A stretch of DNA of 64,000 nt from a virus: the IMG/VR virus record IMGVR_UViG_3300046697_000072. One strand, given 5' to 3'. Each line of letters opens with the position of its first letter. The stretch's first letter is position 1. The notes below the pieces were generated by a model that saw only the letters and a list, made by a program, of their open reading frames with translations, was not told the DNA's origin and ran no database searches. A program made the position numbers and the translations under genes. Shown here one piece after another: positions 7,927 through 17,109 of the stretch.

Positions 7927-7968
7927 CTCGGAGGCTGTCTGAACAACAGCCCACAGGAGGAAGCGCCT

Positions 7969-8508
7969 ATGTTAAAACCAGACCTAAATCCGCACTGTCT
8001 GTTCCCGGAGATATGCGGGCCGAAGAACGGGTACCAATGCGAGAACTGGCTTCGCAACTTGGAGGGGTGTGCGGCTGTTCACACCCGAAAAGCAGCGCGG
8101 TCCATGGCCACCGACAAACGCAAGAGCGCCCTAAGAGCCGATGTGGACGCAAAGATGAAGGCGCACGGCTACGACGGCACCTTTAGGCTCGAATTGCTCT
8201 GGGAGATCATCGACTCCCTGGTGGATGAGTGCGCCACCTGGGAGTGGGCGGTCGGCAAGAAGGACAAGCAGATCTTGGACCTGGCGGATGAGTGCGCGGG
8301 TTCTACCACGATGGAATACCGCTGCCTCTGGGAAGAGAGACTTGCAGGGGAGTGGTATCCATTCAGCGGAAAGGTGCAAACTTCGGAACTGTGCCTAGCC
8401 GAAGCCGAAAGACGAGGGCAATCCCCTGAATACCGTATGGTACACATCGAGGCCCGGCGGAAATCTAACCGGGAGTGGATACCCCCGTGTGACGTGCAGG
8501 GGTCCTGA
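7969..8508 (+). CDS. hypothetical protein
   Basis: ACAGGAGGA RBS before ATG 7969; 179 aa. Confidence 0.6.
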   Translation: MLKPDLNPHCLFPEICGPKNGYQCENWLRNLEGCAAVHTRKAARSMATDKRKSALRADVDAKMKAHGYDGTFRLELLWEIIDSLVDECATWEWAVGKKDKQILDLADECAGSTTMEYRCLWEERLAGEWYPFSGKVQTSELCLAEAERRGQSPEYRMVHIEARRKSNREWIPPCDVQGS

Positions 8509-8867
8509 TGTCTTTCCGCTTCACGCCCGAGCAGGTAAAGGAGATCTTCCAGAACAGCCGCGCGAAGAAGCCTCGTGCGCTGGTGATCCCGCCCGGAACC
8601 GAGCTTATGGTCCCGGACCTGGACTACATGCCGTGCCTGCCCAAGCGCCAGCCGTGGCAGCTATTCCCGACCCGACCACGGGAGTACAAGAAAGCCGTCG
8701 CCGTTCTGTCCAAGATGCAGCGATGCTCCCGCACAGGGAAGGCTTTCTCGGCTCTGTACGCCGAGCTTCCGACGTGGGCTCAGTGGCGGGAACGGTACAA
8801 CGTGATGGCTTGTGTTAGACCGGGGATGCGATTTCAGAAACGCGCTCCCCGCAGAAAAAAGTCTTGA
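8508..8867 (+). CDS. hypothetical basic protein
   Basis: 119 aa; ATG overlaps the previous TGA. Confidence 0.6.
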   Translation: MSFRFTPEQVKEIFQNSRAKKPRALVIPPGTELMVPDLDYMPCLPKRQPWQLFPTRPREYKKAVAVLSKMQRCSRTGKAFSALYAELPTWAQWRERYNVMACVRPGMRFQKRAPRRKKS

Positions 8868-8893
8868 CAACGACGCATTAAAAGAAGTATGAT
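8864..8893 (+). promoter_or_regulatory. sigma70-like promoter (class A leader)
   Basis: aaaaaagtcTTGACA-18 nt-TATGAT, then atCACAGaaaACACAGGAG leader. Confidence 0.6.
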
Positions 8894-8919
8894 ATCACAG
8901 AAAACACAGGAGATACCGA

Positions 8920-9102
8920 ATGCAGAACATCGACACCAATACCGCCCGCCTGTACTTCGATGACGGTACGGTGCGGACTTTTTCCGACCAATCCATAGCG
9001 TATTCCGTATGGCTTGGTCTTCGGCGCGGAATTCGTTGCGCCTTCCGGGGGGCCGGGGATATCCGCCCTGTCTATTCCTGGGATTACGTGGATAACTTAT
9101 GA
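8920..9102 (+). CDS. hypothetical small protein
   Basis: 60 aa, first gene after promoter 8864. Confidence 0.6.
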   Translation: MQNIDTNTARLYFDDGTVRTFSDQSIAYSVWLGLRRGIRCAFRGAGDIRPVYSWDYVDNL

Positions 9103-9407
9103 CCCACGAATACACGCCCGAGGAAGTGCGTGAGCGCTTCATTGAATCCGTGCGTAGCATCGTGGACTACTGGGAGCACGTCCCGAATCCGTATGGGACG
9201 AGAGAAAGCGGGGTAGCCTTCTCTATCTTGTCCATGTTGGATGGCTGCAATGGCGGACTCCCCGGCTTTGTAGTGGCACCGGCTCCGCACCCGGACGACA
9301 AGCAGTACTACATTGACCATGGAGAAAACTACTACCCCGAAGCCCCTGAAGTGAAATGTGATATCGCCGGGGGGCTGCATGAACATTTTGCCAAGGAGAA
9401 ACCATGA
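9099..9407 (+). CDS. hypothetical protein
   Basis: 102 aa, coupled starts. Confidence 0.6.
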   Translation: MTHEYTPEEVRERFIESVRSIVDYWEHVPNPYGTRESGVAFSILSMLDGCNGGLPGFVVAPAPHPDDKQYYIDHGENYYPEAPEVKCDIAGGLHEHFAKEKP

Positions 9408-9622
9408 CCCGCTTGCTGCTGGACTTCCTGAAATACCTGGGATGGTGCCAACACACGAAGTATTCTTTCCCCCGCACTGACCCGGCCACCGGCGTTATGA
9501 GCACGGTCTGTTTGGACTGCACGCATCGCTTCGAGTACGACTGGGAGCACATGCGCCGGGGTAAACCGGTGCCGGACCCCGCAACCCCGCGTCCAACGTT
9601 GCACAAGGAGGTGACACAGTGA
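9404..9622 (+). CDS. small Cys/His protein
   Basis: 72 aa; C..H...CLDCTH pattern. Confidence 0.55.
   Translation: MTRLLLDFLKYLGWCQHTKYSFPRTDPATGVMSTVCLDCTHRFEYDWEHMRRGKPVPDPATPRPTLHKEVTQ
9591..9604. repeat. iterated palindrome copy GTCCAACGTTGCAC
   Basis: 15 nt upstream of GTG 9619 (P-T-L-H in the upstream gene). Confidence 0.9.
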
Positions 9623-10209
9623 AGCTCATCAACCGAGCAAGATTGGTCTACCCCGATCAGCGGGTTCAACTACTCGGGCTTTTCCAGGTCGAAACCGCCG
9701 TGTTCCGTTGGGTCTGCCAAGACACCGACCGGCGCTTTGACGGCGTAGACTACGTGGACAAGCCCTCGGCGGTTGTCGGCCTGCGGGTGACCGTAGAGGG
9801 TGACCCGGCTTTCAAAGGGTGCGATCTAACGGTCAAAGAGATCGAGCCATCCCCGGAAGAACGGGCGGCACTATTGATGGCTCAAATGGCTGTGAGGGAA
9901 GTGGGACGGGCTGAAAACCTTGAGGATTTGTGCGATAGGATTGAAGCACTTCAACCCACGATTGCACTGATTATTCAGGAAGAGACCGGCCTGTCTGAAC
10001 TGTTGGAGCACGCCAACACGATTCTCGCCTACCTAATCACTCGTGGCGGCCATCGGGACTTATCCTTAGGTGGCCTGATGCTCAACCTTTTGGGGGCACT
10101 CGAAAAGACCTCTGGTGTCAAGTACGACGCCTTGCGGAAGGCTCTGACCGAGCCGCCCCCACAAATCATCCCCGCGCGCAACATGCCGGGGAACAAGTTG
10201 GTGCAGTAG
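9619..10209 (+). CDS. hypothetical protein
   Basis: 196 aa; GTG start after AAGGAGG. Confidence 0.6.
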   Translation: MKLINRARLVYPDQRVQLLGLFQVETAVFRWVCQDTDRRFDGVDYVDKPSAVVGLRVTVEGDPAFKGCDLTVKEIEPSPEERAALLMAQMAVREVGRAENLEDLCDRIEALQPTIALIIQEETGLSELLEHANTILAYLITRGGHRDLSLGGLMLNLLGALEKTSGVKYDALRKALTEPPPQIIPARNMPGNKLVQ

Positions 10210-10288
10210 TTCATCTCCTGTGGCTCTGCACCCTCCGGGGGGAGTGGTGGCGTTGCCCGTCCGCTCTCCCCGGTATGAAAGGATTCTC

Positions 10289-10528
10289 ATGAAAGACGAT
10301 ACACGAAGGAAAATCTTTTGTAAGGCTCGCCAATTGGGGTTCTCTGTCAAGATGTCTGCCGCCGCCTTTGACCTTGCCGCCCGCGCCTTATGCCGAATGG
10401 CACAGAACGGGGATAGCGACATCCGGAAAGCGCTGGAACAGGAAGCCCCAGATATCGACGCGGCCACGGACTACGCGGCAGAAGTTTTGTGCCGTGCAAC
10501 GTTGGATTGCTCTGAGGAGGTGAAATAG
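10289..10528 (+). CDS. hypothetical protein
   Basis: Internal ATG of ORF 10220-10528; start uncertain. Confidence 0.45.
   Translation: MKDDTRRKIFCKARQLGFSVKMSAAAFDLAARALCRMAQNGDSDIRKALEQEAPDIDAATDYAAEVLCRATLDCSEEVK
10494..10507. repeat. iterated palindrome copy GTGCAACGTTGGAT
   Basis: 24 nt upstream of ATG 10531 (A-T-L-D). Confidence 0.9.
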
Positions 10529-10530
10529 TC

Positions 10531-10773
10531 ATGAAGCACACAGTAGATCTAGTAGTGCAGTGCGATACCGTGGGCGACCTTTTGGACGCGCTTGCACAAA
10601 TCGCCAAAGACTCGCATACCAGCGACTTGCTTGACGCCTCGATTGACGGGCCGAACGGCGAGATATTCAACAGGTTCAAGATCGTTCGACGCACTTTGAG
10701 TGACAATTCCGAGGTGCTCGACTTTGAACTCATAGAAGAAGATCCCGGAGGTGATCCCGAAATCGTAACGTAG
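10531..10773 (+). CDS. small acidic protein
   Basis: 80 aa, strongly Asp/Glu-rich; GAGGAGG RBS. Confidence 0.6.
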   Translation: MKHTVDLVVQCDTVGDLLDALAQIAKDSHTSDLLDASIDGPNGEIFNRFKIVRRTLSDNSEVLDFELIEEDPGGDPEIVT

Positions 10774-10784
10774 GCACAATACGG

Positions 10785-10807
10785 GGGCCGGACAGGGATT
10801 CCGGCCC
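10785..10807 (+). terminator. perfect 8-bp stem-loop
   Basis: GGGCCGGA-cagggat-TCCGGCCC, 12 nt after the stop and upstream of the next promoter. Confidence 0.5.
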
Positions 10808-10889
10808 ATGGCGGCTTGCCCCACTTCCGGGTACGTTTCAAGATGCTCAAGTGCCGCTGGTAACTCAAACGGAGCACCGAAAAAACCTC

Positions 10890-10918
10890 TTGACATCGCA
10901 GCGCAAAACGGCTACGAT
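10890..10918 (+). promoter_or_regulatory. sigma70-like promoter (class A leader)
   Basis: aaaaacctcTTGACA-17 nt-TACGAT, then atCACAGagcaacaaaACACAGGAG. Confidence 0.65.
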
Positions 10919-10953
10919 ATCACAGAGCAACAAAACACAGGAGCAAAACACCG

Positions 10954-12018
10954 ATGCAGGTAAACACAAAAGAGTTCGCCGCCGAGGTCGATTTCGCGGC
11001 GAGATTTATCGACAAGAAAAGCACCGTCCCGATTCTGGGCAATGTCGCCCTGATTGCCGAACCCGGCAAGATCGGACTGGCTGCAACCGACCTGGAGACC
11101 GCAGGGATCACCAGCGTCAAAACCAAAGGCAAAGGCGAGTGGTCCGTCTGTACCCCGGCTGGACTGCTGCTCAAGTATTTGCGGAAAGTCGAAGAGGAGT
11201 CCGTCGAACTGAACGCCAACGGCCCAATCCTGGAGATCACCCACGGACACGGCGGGAAAGTGACGATCAACGGGATGTCCACGGAGTCATACCCGGAGTT
11301 GCCAGCACCCAAAGCAACCGTCCAGTTGAAGAACCTGGCTTTCGCCTTACCCCGCGTGATGTTCGCCATCTCTGCGGAGGAGTCCCGGTTTACGCTGAAC
11401 GGGGCACTCATGGAGATCGGCGAAGCCGGTTCCCGGATGGTTGCCACGGACGGCCACCGGTTATCGCTGGTCGATCTGGACTGCGAACCGAAGGACAAGC
11501 TCAGGACGCTGATCCCGAAGAAAGCACTGTTCGAGGTCAACCGGCTCGTCAAAGAGAACACCACGGTCTGGTTTGGGATGGATGACAACCACCAGATTTT
11601 CATAACCGGGAAACGGGCGATTGTCTCGAAAAAACTGACCGGGAATTTCCCTGACTGGCAGAGAGTGATCCCGAACAACCCGCCTCACAAGATCGACATC
11701 CCGGTGCAGGCTCTTTCCAAGATCTTGGACCGGGTGGTCATATTCGCAGATGTCCGGGCCAAAGCAGTTAGGTTCTCGCTTCAGAAGGGCTGCTTGACGG
11801 TTTCGGCCATGGCCGTCGAGGTTGGTAACGCCTCCGGCCAAATCCCGGTCGCATGGGGCGGTGAATCCATGGAGTTTGAATTCCATCAGCCCTATATACA
11901 GGACATCCTGAAGCTGTGCGCCACCCCGAACACCGAGTGGCAGTTCACCGAGCCAAAGAATGCCTCGCTGTTCAGCATGGATGGCTGGGTGGGGGTAGTT
12001 ATGCCGATGCGTTTGTAG
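10954..12018 (+). CDS. dnaN: DNA polymerase III beta sliding clamp
   Basis: 354 aa; TVPILGNV, ATDGHRLS, GNFPDWQRVIP and C-terminal VVMPMRL are classic clamp landmarks. Confidence 0.9.
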   Translation: MQVNTKEFAAEVDFAARFIDKKSTVPILGNVALIAEPGKIGLAATDLETAGITSVKTKGKGEWSVCTPAGLLLKYLRKVEEESVELNANGPILEITHGHGGKVTINGMSTESYPELPAPKATVQLKNLAFALPRVMFAISAEESRFTLNGALMEIGEAGSRMVATDGHRLSLVDLDCEPKDKLRTLIPKKALFEVNRLVKENTTVWFGMDDNHQIFITGKRAIVSKKLTGNFPDWQRVIPNNPPHKIDIPVQALSKILDRVVIFADVRAKAVRFSLQKGCLTVSAMAVEVGNASGQIPVAWGGESMEFEFHQPYIQDILKLCATPNTEWQFTEPKNASLFSMDGWVGVVMPMRL

Positions 12019-12020
12019 TA

Positions 12021-12034
12021 GTGCAACGTTGGAC
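12021..12034. repeat. iterated palindrome copy GTGCAACGTTGGAC
   Basis: Intergenic dnaN/recT, abutting the recT RBS. Confidence 0.9.
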
Positions 12035-12049
12035 AAAGGAGAGCAATAC

Positions 12050-13939
12050 GTGAACGAACAAACGACCGCGCTGGTCCCTCAACAGGACATGAGCGCATTC
12101 ACGGAATATAACCGTGATCAAATCGAACTCGTCAAAGCCACAGTTTGTCGTGGCGCAACCGACGATCAGTTGAAGCTGTTTCTAACGGTGTGCAAACGGA
12201 CTCAGTTGGACCCGTTTGTGCATCAAATCTATGCCATCCAGCGAAAGAGCCGGGACGCATCCGGAAACTGGGTGCAGAATATGACAATCCAGACCGGCAT
12301 CGACGGGCTTCGCCTAGTAGCCCAACGTTCCGGCGAGTACCAAGGGCAGGAAGGCCCTTTCTGGTGCGGAGACGACGGCGTATGGAAGGATGTATGGCTA
12401 TCTCCAGATCCTCCCGCTGCCGCAAAGGTGGCCGTCTACCGCAAGGGATTCGTCAAACCAGTCTGGGGCGTGGCCCGATTCTGGGAATACGCTCAAACGA
12501 CCTCCAAGGACGGTAAGAAGTTCCTGACCGGACTTTGGAAAACGATGTACAGCAACCAATTGGCCAAGTGCTCCGAGGCCCTAGCACTCCGCAAAGCATT
12601 CCCCAATGAAAGCTCTGGCCTCTATATCCGGGAAGAAATGGATCAAGCTGGGCCTTCCACGATGGATGAACCTACCGCCGATGACCAGCGCCGGGTGGAT
12701 AAGGTTGCCGACGATATGGGGGGCTACAAGGTCGGGCTGAAGGCCGTCCCGAAGACCGGACCGGCCCCGGAGCCGCAACCCGATCCGGTGAAGACGGTCG
12801 AGGTGAGGGCCGAAGCGCCAGATCCTGCCCCGGAGCCCGTCAAGGATGAACCGAAGCCCGATCCGGTGATCGAGTTCTGGGTGTGCTCTATCTCCAAGAA
12901 GTCCGGTAAAGACGTGCCTACGCCGGTTGAAGGGGAAGTACCCCAGAATCGACAGGACACGGCCACACTACGCGCCCGGTCTTTGTGCAACGAGAAGGGC
13001 GTGACGTTCGTAGTAATCAAAACCCAGGACGGGAAGTTCGTCGATACGGTGTCGATCTGCAATCCCCTGTCTAAGCCCGCTCCGGCCCCTGCTGCTGCCC
13101 CGGCACCGGCTCCGGCCCCAACACCCAAGCCGGTGGCTACCGGCGATCCCAAGGCCGCTGCGGAGACGATCAAGGCCCGGTTTAACGAGTTCGCGGCCCT
13201 GCTGGACCTGCCGGGTAAGACGGCCATTACGCGGTTCAAGGCGTTCGTGGCCGGTTACATGGGGATTAACCTGAAGGATCTCCCCAACAGCCCCCTGGAA
13301 TGGCTGGAAGCTGTCGAGGAACTGGGGTATAGCCTGGGATACGACCCGAACGAGTTCCGTTCCGGCCCGGAGTCTGCCGGCAAGCTGGCTCACCAGCGCC
13401 GGTTAGAGATTATGGGGTACATCCAGAAAGAATGGAAGGACAGCCAGACTCAGACCTTGGCTCTGGAGGTGGCCCGTAAGTACGGATATAGGGTCAGTGA
13501 CTTCCAGAAGTGGGCTGAGTTCATTGGGCTGGAGCCCAAACTAGCAGAGGATGGTGCCTATCACTCTCTGTCTACCAAAGATGCCAACGCTTTCCTCCGG
13601 GCCTTCAAAGTCACCCGCGAGGCCGGTATCCTGCCAAAACTGGCGAAGGATCACAACCTGGAGGTCTCCGCGATCATCGATCAGATCGAACAGCGCGGCC
13701 TGAAATGCAAGCTGGAGGAGTCCACGCCGGGCGACGTGGAGAACGCCATCAAGGGGTTCACGCTGGCCGTCAGGGAGGAAGCGAAAGCCGCCGCCGCCCC
13801 TACTCCGGTCTCGCCCTCAGCCCCAGTGAACGAGCCTTCTGGGACCGAGCCGCCAGCAGCCGAGGGTGGACCCGAAGCAGACGGATCTGGCGAGGAATCG
13901 GACGAAGGGCAAGATAACATCTTTGCGAGTCTGTTCTGA
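12050..13939 (+). CDS. recT: RecT/Bet-family annealing protein with long C-terminal extension
   Basis: N-terminal ~250 aa: DQIELVKATVCRGATDDQLKLFLTVCKRTQLDPFVHQIYAI...IDGLRLVAQRSGEY...LAKCSEALALRKAFPNE; then ~380 aa with Pro/Ala linkers, ending ...DEGQDNIFASLF; AAGGAG RBS before GTG 12050. Confidence 0.8.
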   Translation: MNEQTTALVPQQDMSAFTEYNRDQIELVKATVCRGATDDQLKLFLTVCKRTQLDPFVHQIYAIQRKSRDASGNWVQNMTIQTGIDGLRLVAQRSGEYQGQEGPFWCGDDGVWKDVWLSPDPPAAAKVAVYRKGFVKPVWGVARFWEYAQTTSKDGKKFLTGLWKTMYSNQLAKCSEALALRKAFPNESSGLYIREEMDQAGPSTMDEPTADDQRRVDKVADDMGGYKVGLKAVPKTGPAPEPQPDPVKTVEVRAEAPDPAPEPVKDEPKPDPVIEFWVCSISKKSGKDVPTPVEGEVPQNRQDTATLRARSLCNEKGVTFVVIKTQDGKFVDTVSICNPLSKPAPAPAAAPAPAPAPTPKPVATGDPKAAAETIKARFNEFAALLDLPGKTAITRFKAFVAGYMGINLKDLPNSPLEWLEAVEELGYSLGYDPNEFRSGPESAGKLAHQRRLEIMGYIQKEWKDSQTQTLALEVARKYGYRVSDFQKWAEFIGLEPKLAEDGAYHSLSTKDANAFLRAFKVTREAGILPKLAKDHNLEVSAIIDQIEQRGLKCKLEESTPGDVENAIKGFTLAVREEAKAAAAPTPVSPSAPVNEPSGTEPPAAEGGPEADGSGEESDEGQDNIFASLF

Positions 13940-13950
13940 GGAGATACATC

Positions 13951-14283
13951 ATGGGAAACAACGCAGCGTTTACAAGTTTTGAAGCGTCGGTAATCGCCGT
14001 CTACAACAGGGGCGTTCTCGACAAGGAACTGCTCGATGCTCTGGCCGCTCCCTACGAGGGCATGGACATCGACCGGGGCGGCATGGAAGGCACGCTTACC
14101 AAGGACGGCCTGGACATCGACGGGGTGATCTGCAAGGTGTACGGCATCGTGCTGGCACCGTATCCTGACATCCCGAAGGACTGGCGCGAACAGACACCCG
14201 AGCAGCAGGACCTCAACGATGAATGGGTGGAAGCCAAGTACGAGGCCATCCACAAGATCCAAGAGAAGTGGGGCTGGGGGTAG
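13951..14283 (+). CDS. hypothetical protein
   Basis: 110 aa; GAGGAGA RBS. Confidence 0.6.
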   Translation: MGNNAAFTSFEASVIAVYNRGVLDKELLDALAAPYEGMDIDRGGMEGTLTKDGLDIDGVICKVYGIVLAPYPDIPKDWREQTPEQQDLNDEWVEAKYEAIHKIQEKWGWG

Positions 14284-14286
14284 GCC

Positions 14287-14961
14287 GTGTCCAACGTTGA
14301 ACTAACGTACAACGCCGAGAAGCACGAATACCGAATCGGGGGCCGAAAGGCCCCCGGCATAACGACCGTGCTTTCGGCCATGTCGTACTATCCCTCTCAG
14401 GGGCACTACACGGATGAGAGCCGCAGGCGTGGAACGGCAGTACACCACGCCTGCTACCTCCTGGACGAGCACTGCCCCCAGGCAACCACGGTCGATGAGG
14501 CCCTGGAAGTCCTGGACCTGGACGACCGCCTGATCCCCTACATGCAGGGGTACTTGGCTTGGAAACGGGAGAGCGGGTTCATCCCTCAGAGGCATGAGTT
14601 TCAGGTTTGCTCTGCCAAGCTGAACATCGCGGCCACACCGGACCTGTACGGGATATTCCCCGGACCATGCGGAGGTGTGGTTGAACTGAAGACTTGGAAA
14701 GCCGCCCCGCCGAAGTGCCAGCGATCCGCTGAACTCCAGACCGCCGCGCAAGCCTTGATGATCGAAGAATACCTGGGGCTCCCGGTCGAGCGCCGGGTGG
14801 TGGTGGCGTTGACCGGGAACCCGGATCACCCACACCGGGCTTACGTCTGTGACCGGCCCGGAGACAAGAACATCGTAGCGTTCCTGGCACACGTGTTCTG
14901 GGACCGCGTTAACTCCCGGTTGCTGGAATGGACCGGGGAGGAAGAGGAGGATGAAGAATGA
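14287..14961 (+). CDS. PD-(D/E)XK family exonuclease
   Basis: HEYRIGGRKAPGITTVLS N-terminus; D (PDLYG) ... ELK (VVELKT) nuclease motif; adjacent to RecT. Confidence 0.65.
   Translation: MSNVELTYNAEKHEYRIGGRKAPGITTVLSAMSYYPSQGHYTDESRRRGTAVHHACYLLDEHCPQATTVDEALEVLDLDDRLIPYMQGYLAWKRESGFIPQRHEFQVCSAKLNIAATPDLYGIFPGPCGGVVELKTWKAAPPKCQRSAELQTAAQALMIEEYLGLPVERRVVVALTGNPDHPHRAYVCDRPGDKNIVAFLAHVFWDRVNSRLLEWTGEEEEDEE
14289..14302. repeat. iterated palindrome copy GTCCAACGTTGAAC
   Basis: Codons 1-6 of the exonuclease gene (S-N-V-E); extra half-site GTACAACG at 14307. Confidence 0.9.
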
Positions 14962-15278
14962 TATCTGATAGAAGAAACTTAAATGTCGTTCCATCAGAGT
15001 TGCCCTGCGGGGCGCACCTACTGGCCGTGGCCTACGGGACAGGTAAGGACGACTACCTAGCGGTAGTTCTTGGGTTCATCCCCGCCGAAGAAGGGATGCG
15101 GGAGAAGTGGGTGACCTGGATTTGGAACTCCGACCCCGGTTGTTTCGGGTTTGGGGATGGCCACTATATGAACCTGGGAGAAACTGGCTGGGCAAACTTT
15201 TGCGAGCGATCCAAGGAGTTCGTGCTGAAGGCAATTCTCTGGGACGAAGTTGGGCTGTTAAGGGGGACGGGTGTATGA
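14958..15278 (+). CDS. hypothetical protein
   Basis: 106 aa, ATGA-coupled. Confidence 0.55.
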   Translation: MISDRRNLNVVPSELPCGAHLLAVAYGTGKDDYLAVVLGFIPAEEGMREKWVTWIWNSDPGCFGFGDGHYMNLGETGWANFCERSKEFVLKAILWDEVGLLRGTGV

Positions 15279-15424
15279 ACGAAGAACGAGACTTCACGCT
15301 TGAGGAATTGCGTGATTTGAAGATCGCAGTAACACGGGCTATGGACACAACGCGCCCAAGCGAAACTGAGTTGTACGACCGATTTGAGGCGCTATACCAG
15401 AAGCTAAGAAATCTGGGGGCCTGA
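15275..15424 (+). CDS. small helical protein (49 aa)
   Basis: ATG 15275 overlaps the previous stop (GTATGA); internal Met of ORF 15107-15424. Confidence 0.45.
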   Translation: MNEERDFTLEELRDLKIAVTRAMDTTRPSETELYDRFEALYQKLRNLGA

Positions 15425-15427
15425 ATT

Positions 15428-15781
15428 ATGAGGACCGAGAAGCAGGTTTTGACCCCCATGACCGTAACCGAATGGCGGGCGGAGGCCGTAAGGCGTTTCG
15501 GCCCTGATCCGATGAATTGGCGCTTCATCTGTCCAGTCTGTCACCACGTAGCTTCGGTGTCCGACTGGAAGAACGCCGGTGCCACAGAGGGTGAGGCTGC
15601 CTTCTCTTGCGTCGGGCGGCGCACTGGAGGCCGTCAGGCATTTGAAGAGAAAGGTGTCGGCCCATGCAACTACGCTGGAGGAGGGCTCTTTCGGCTCAAC
15701 CCCCAACCCGTCATTAACGAAGATGGAAAGACACATCACGTGTTTGCCTTCGAACCGGAAGAAGAGGAGGCCGAAGAATGA
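15428..15781 (+). CDS. hypothetical Cys-rich protein
   Basis: 117 aa; CPVCHH...C...C; acidic tail. Confidence 0.6.
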   Translation: MRTEKQVLTPMTVTEWRAEAVRRFGPDPMNWRFICPVCHHVASVSDWKNAGATEGEAAFSCVGRRTGGRQAFEEKGVGPCNYAGGGLFRLNPQPVINEDGKTHHVFAFEPEEEEAEE

Positions 15782-15972
15782 TCACCGAGAATCACACGTG
15801 CGAAGAGAGGGTCTTCCGTAATTGGAGAGAGCATACCTGCGGGATAACCGCCCGGTTTGAGCACGGAGGAAGGGATTGTGCTTCGCCCGCGCGGATTCGG
15901 CCAAGTCAGTATTCGTACCGGCTCTGGCCTGACAATAACAACCGACACGAAAGACTTGGAGGTTATCCCTGA
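15778..15972 (+). CDS. questionable ORF
   Basis: ATGA-coupled to the previous gene but overlaps ORF 15878-16126 in another frame. Confidence 0.3.
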   Translation: MITENHTCEERVFRNWREHTCGITARFEHGGRDCASPARIRPSQYSYRLWPDNNNRHERLGGYP

Positions 15973-16126
15973 GGACCTAAGCCAACAGCACTTGGTCCTC
16001 AGGAAATCACCGAACGAAGTAATTCCATTCAACCTTGCGGCACACGAGTTTCAATCCACGCCCGGACATCCGGGCGAACTACAGACTGATTGTACCACAA
16101 CAAAGGAGCGTAAAAACACGTTATGA
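15878..16126 (+). CDS. hypothetical protein
   Basis: GGAGGAAGGG RBS before GTG 15878; frame supported by the peptide EVIPFNLAAHE, shared with the N-terminus of the next gene. Confidence 0.5.
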   Translation: MLRPRGFGQVSIRTGSGLTITTDTKDLEVIPEDLSQQHLVLRKSPNEVIPFNLAAHEFQSTPGHPGELQTDCTTTKERKNTL

Positions 16127-16872
16127 CACCGACTGAGGTAATCCCCTTCGATCTTGTCGCTCATGAGAAGGCCGCAGTCCGGCTGACGGAAGGCACCAAC
16201 ATGTCAGCCTTACAGGCTACTGCCAAGAGCTTGCAGGTCACCGACGAAGAATCCAACGTGGAGTGCCTGGGACTCAGGAACGCCTGCGCCACAATCGAGA
16301 AGCGAATCACCGACTACTGGGCTCCGCTGGCCGACATGGCAAACAAGCTCCACAAAGCCATCACCGGCAAACGCGGGCAGATGACCAAACCGTGGACCGA
16401 TCTCAAGGACGCCTTCACCAGCAAGAGCGAGAAGTTCATCATGGATCAACGCGCCGCCAAGCGCCGGGAAGAGGAAGCTCTCGCCCGGATCGAAGCTCAG
16501 CGCAAACGGGAACTGGAACAGGAAGCCGACGCACTGCTGTCACGCGGCTACGTGGAAGCGGCCCAAGCCAAGATCCAGCAGGCCGAGATCACGGACATGC
16601 CAACCCTGCCGGATGCCGTAGGAAAGATCGAGGGCTCCCGGATCGGCACGACCTGGAAGGCGGAAGGCGCGGACCTGATCGGCACCATGCGGGCGATTGT
16701 GGCCGGGCAGATCCCGATCCTGTGGGACAACGGCAAGGGTGAGCAGGAGCCGATCCTGGTCTACAACCAGCAGGTGCTCAACGCCATTGCCAAGCGGTCT
16801 CAGGGCAGTCTCAAGATCCCCGGCGTGAAGTTCATCGAGGGAGTTCGGATCGGCGCAGCGCGTCTAGGATAA
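16123..16872 (+). CDS. hypothetical coiled-coil protein
   Basis: 249 aa; central charged helix (RAAKRREEEALARIEAQRKRELEQEADALL). Confidence 0.6.
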   Translation: MTPTEVIPFDLVAHEKAAVRLTEGTNMSALQATAKSLQVTDEESNVECLGLRNACATIEKRITDYWAPLADMANKLHKAITGKRGQMTKPWTDLKDAFTSKSEKFIMDQRAAKRREEEALARIEAQRKRELEQEADALLSRGYVEAAQAKIQQAEITDMPTLPDAVGKIEGSRIGTTWKAEGADLIGTMRAIVAGQIPILWDNGKGEQEPILVYNQQVLNAIAKRSQGSLKIPGVKFIEGVRIGAARLG

Positions 16873-16885
16873 CAGGAGAATAACC

Positions 16886-17107
16886 ATGGAAAACAGAACA
16901 GCACTCGAATCAAGCAATCTGCATAGCGCCGGATGGGAATCCGGCATTCTCGAAGTCGCGTTCCGAGACAAAACCGGGGCTGTCCGGGCCGTGTGGCAGT
17001 ACTCGGCACCCAAGGAAGCCTACGACGGCCTGATTGCCGCCGAAAGTTCCGGGAAATACTTCAACTCTTCCATCAAGGGCGTCTTCGACGGACACCGGGT
17101 TGACTAG
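16886..17107 (+). CDS. KTSC-domain protein
   Basis: SSNLHSAGWESGILEVAF...VWQYSAPKEAYDGLIAAESSGKYFNSSIKG matches the KTSC pattern. Confidence 0.65.
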   Translation: MENRTALESSNLHSAGWESGILEVAFRDKTGAVRAVWQYSAPKEAYDGLIAAESSGKYFNSSIKGVFDGHRVD

Positions 17108-17109
17108 CC

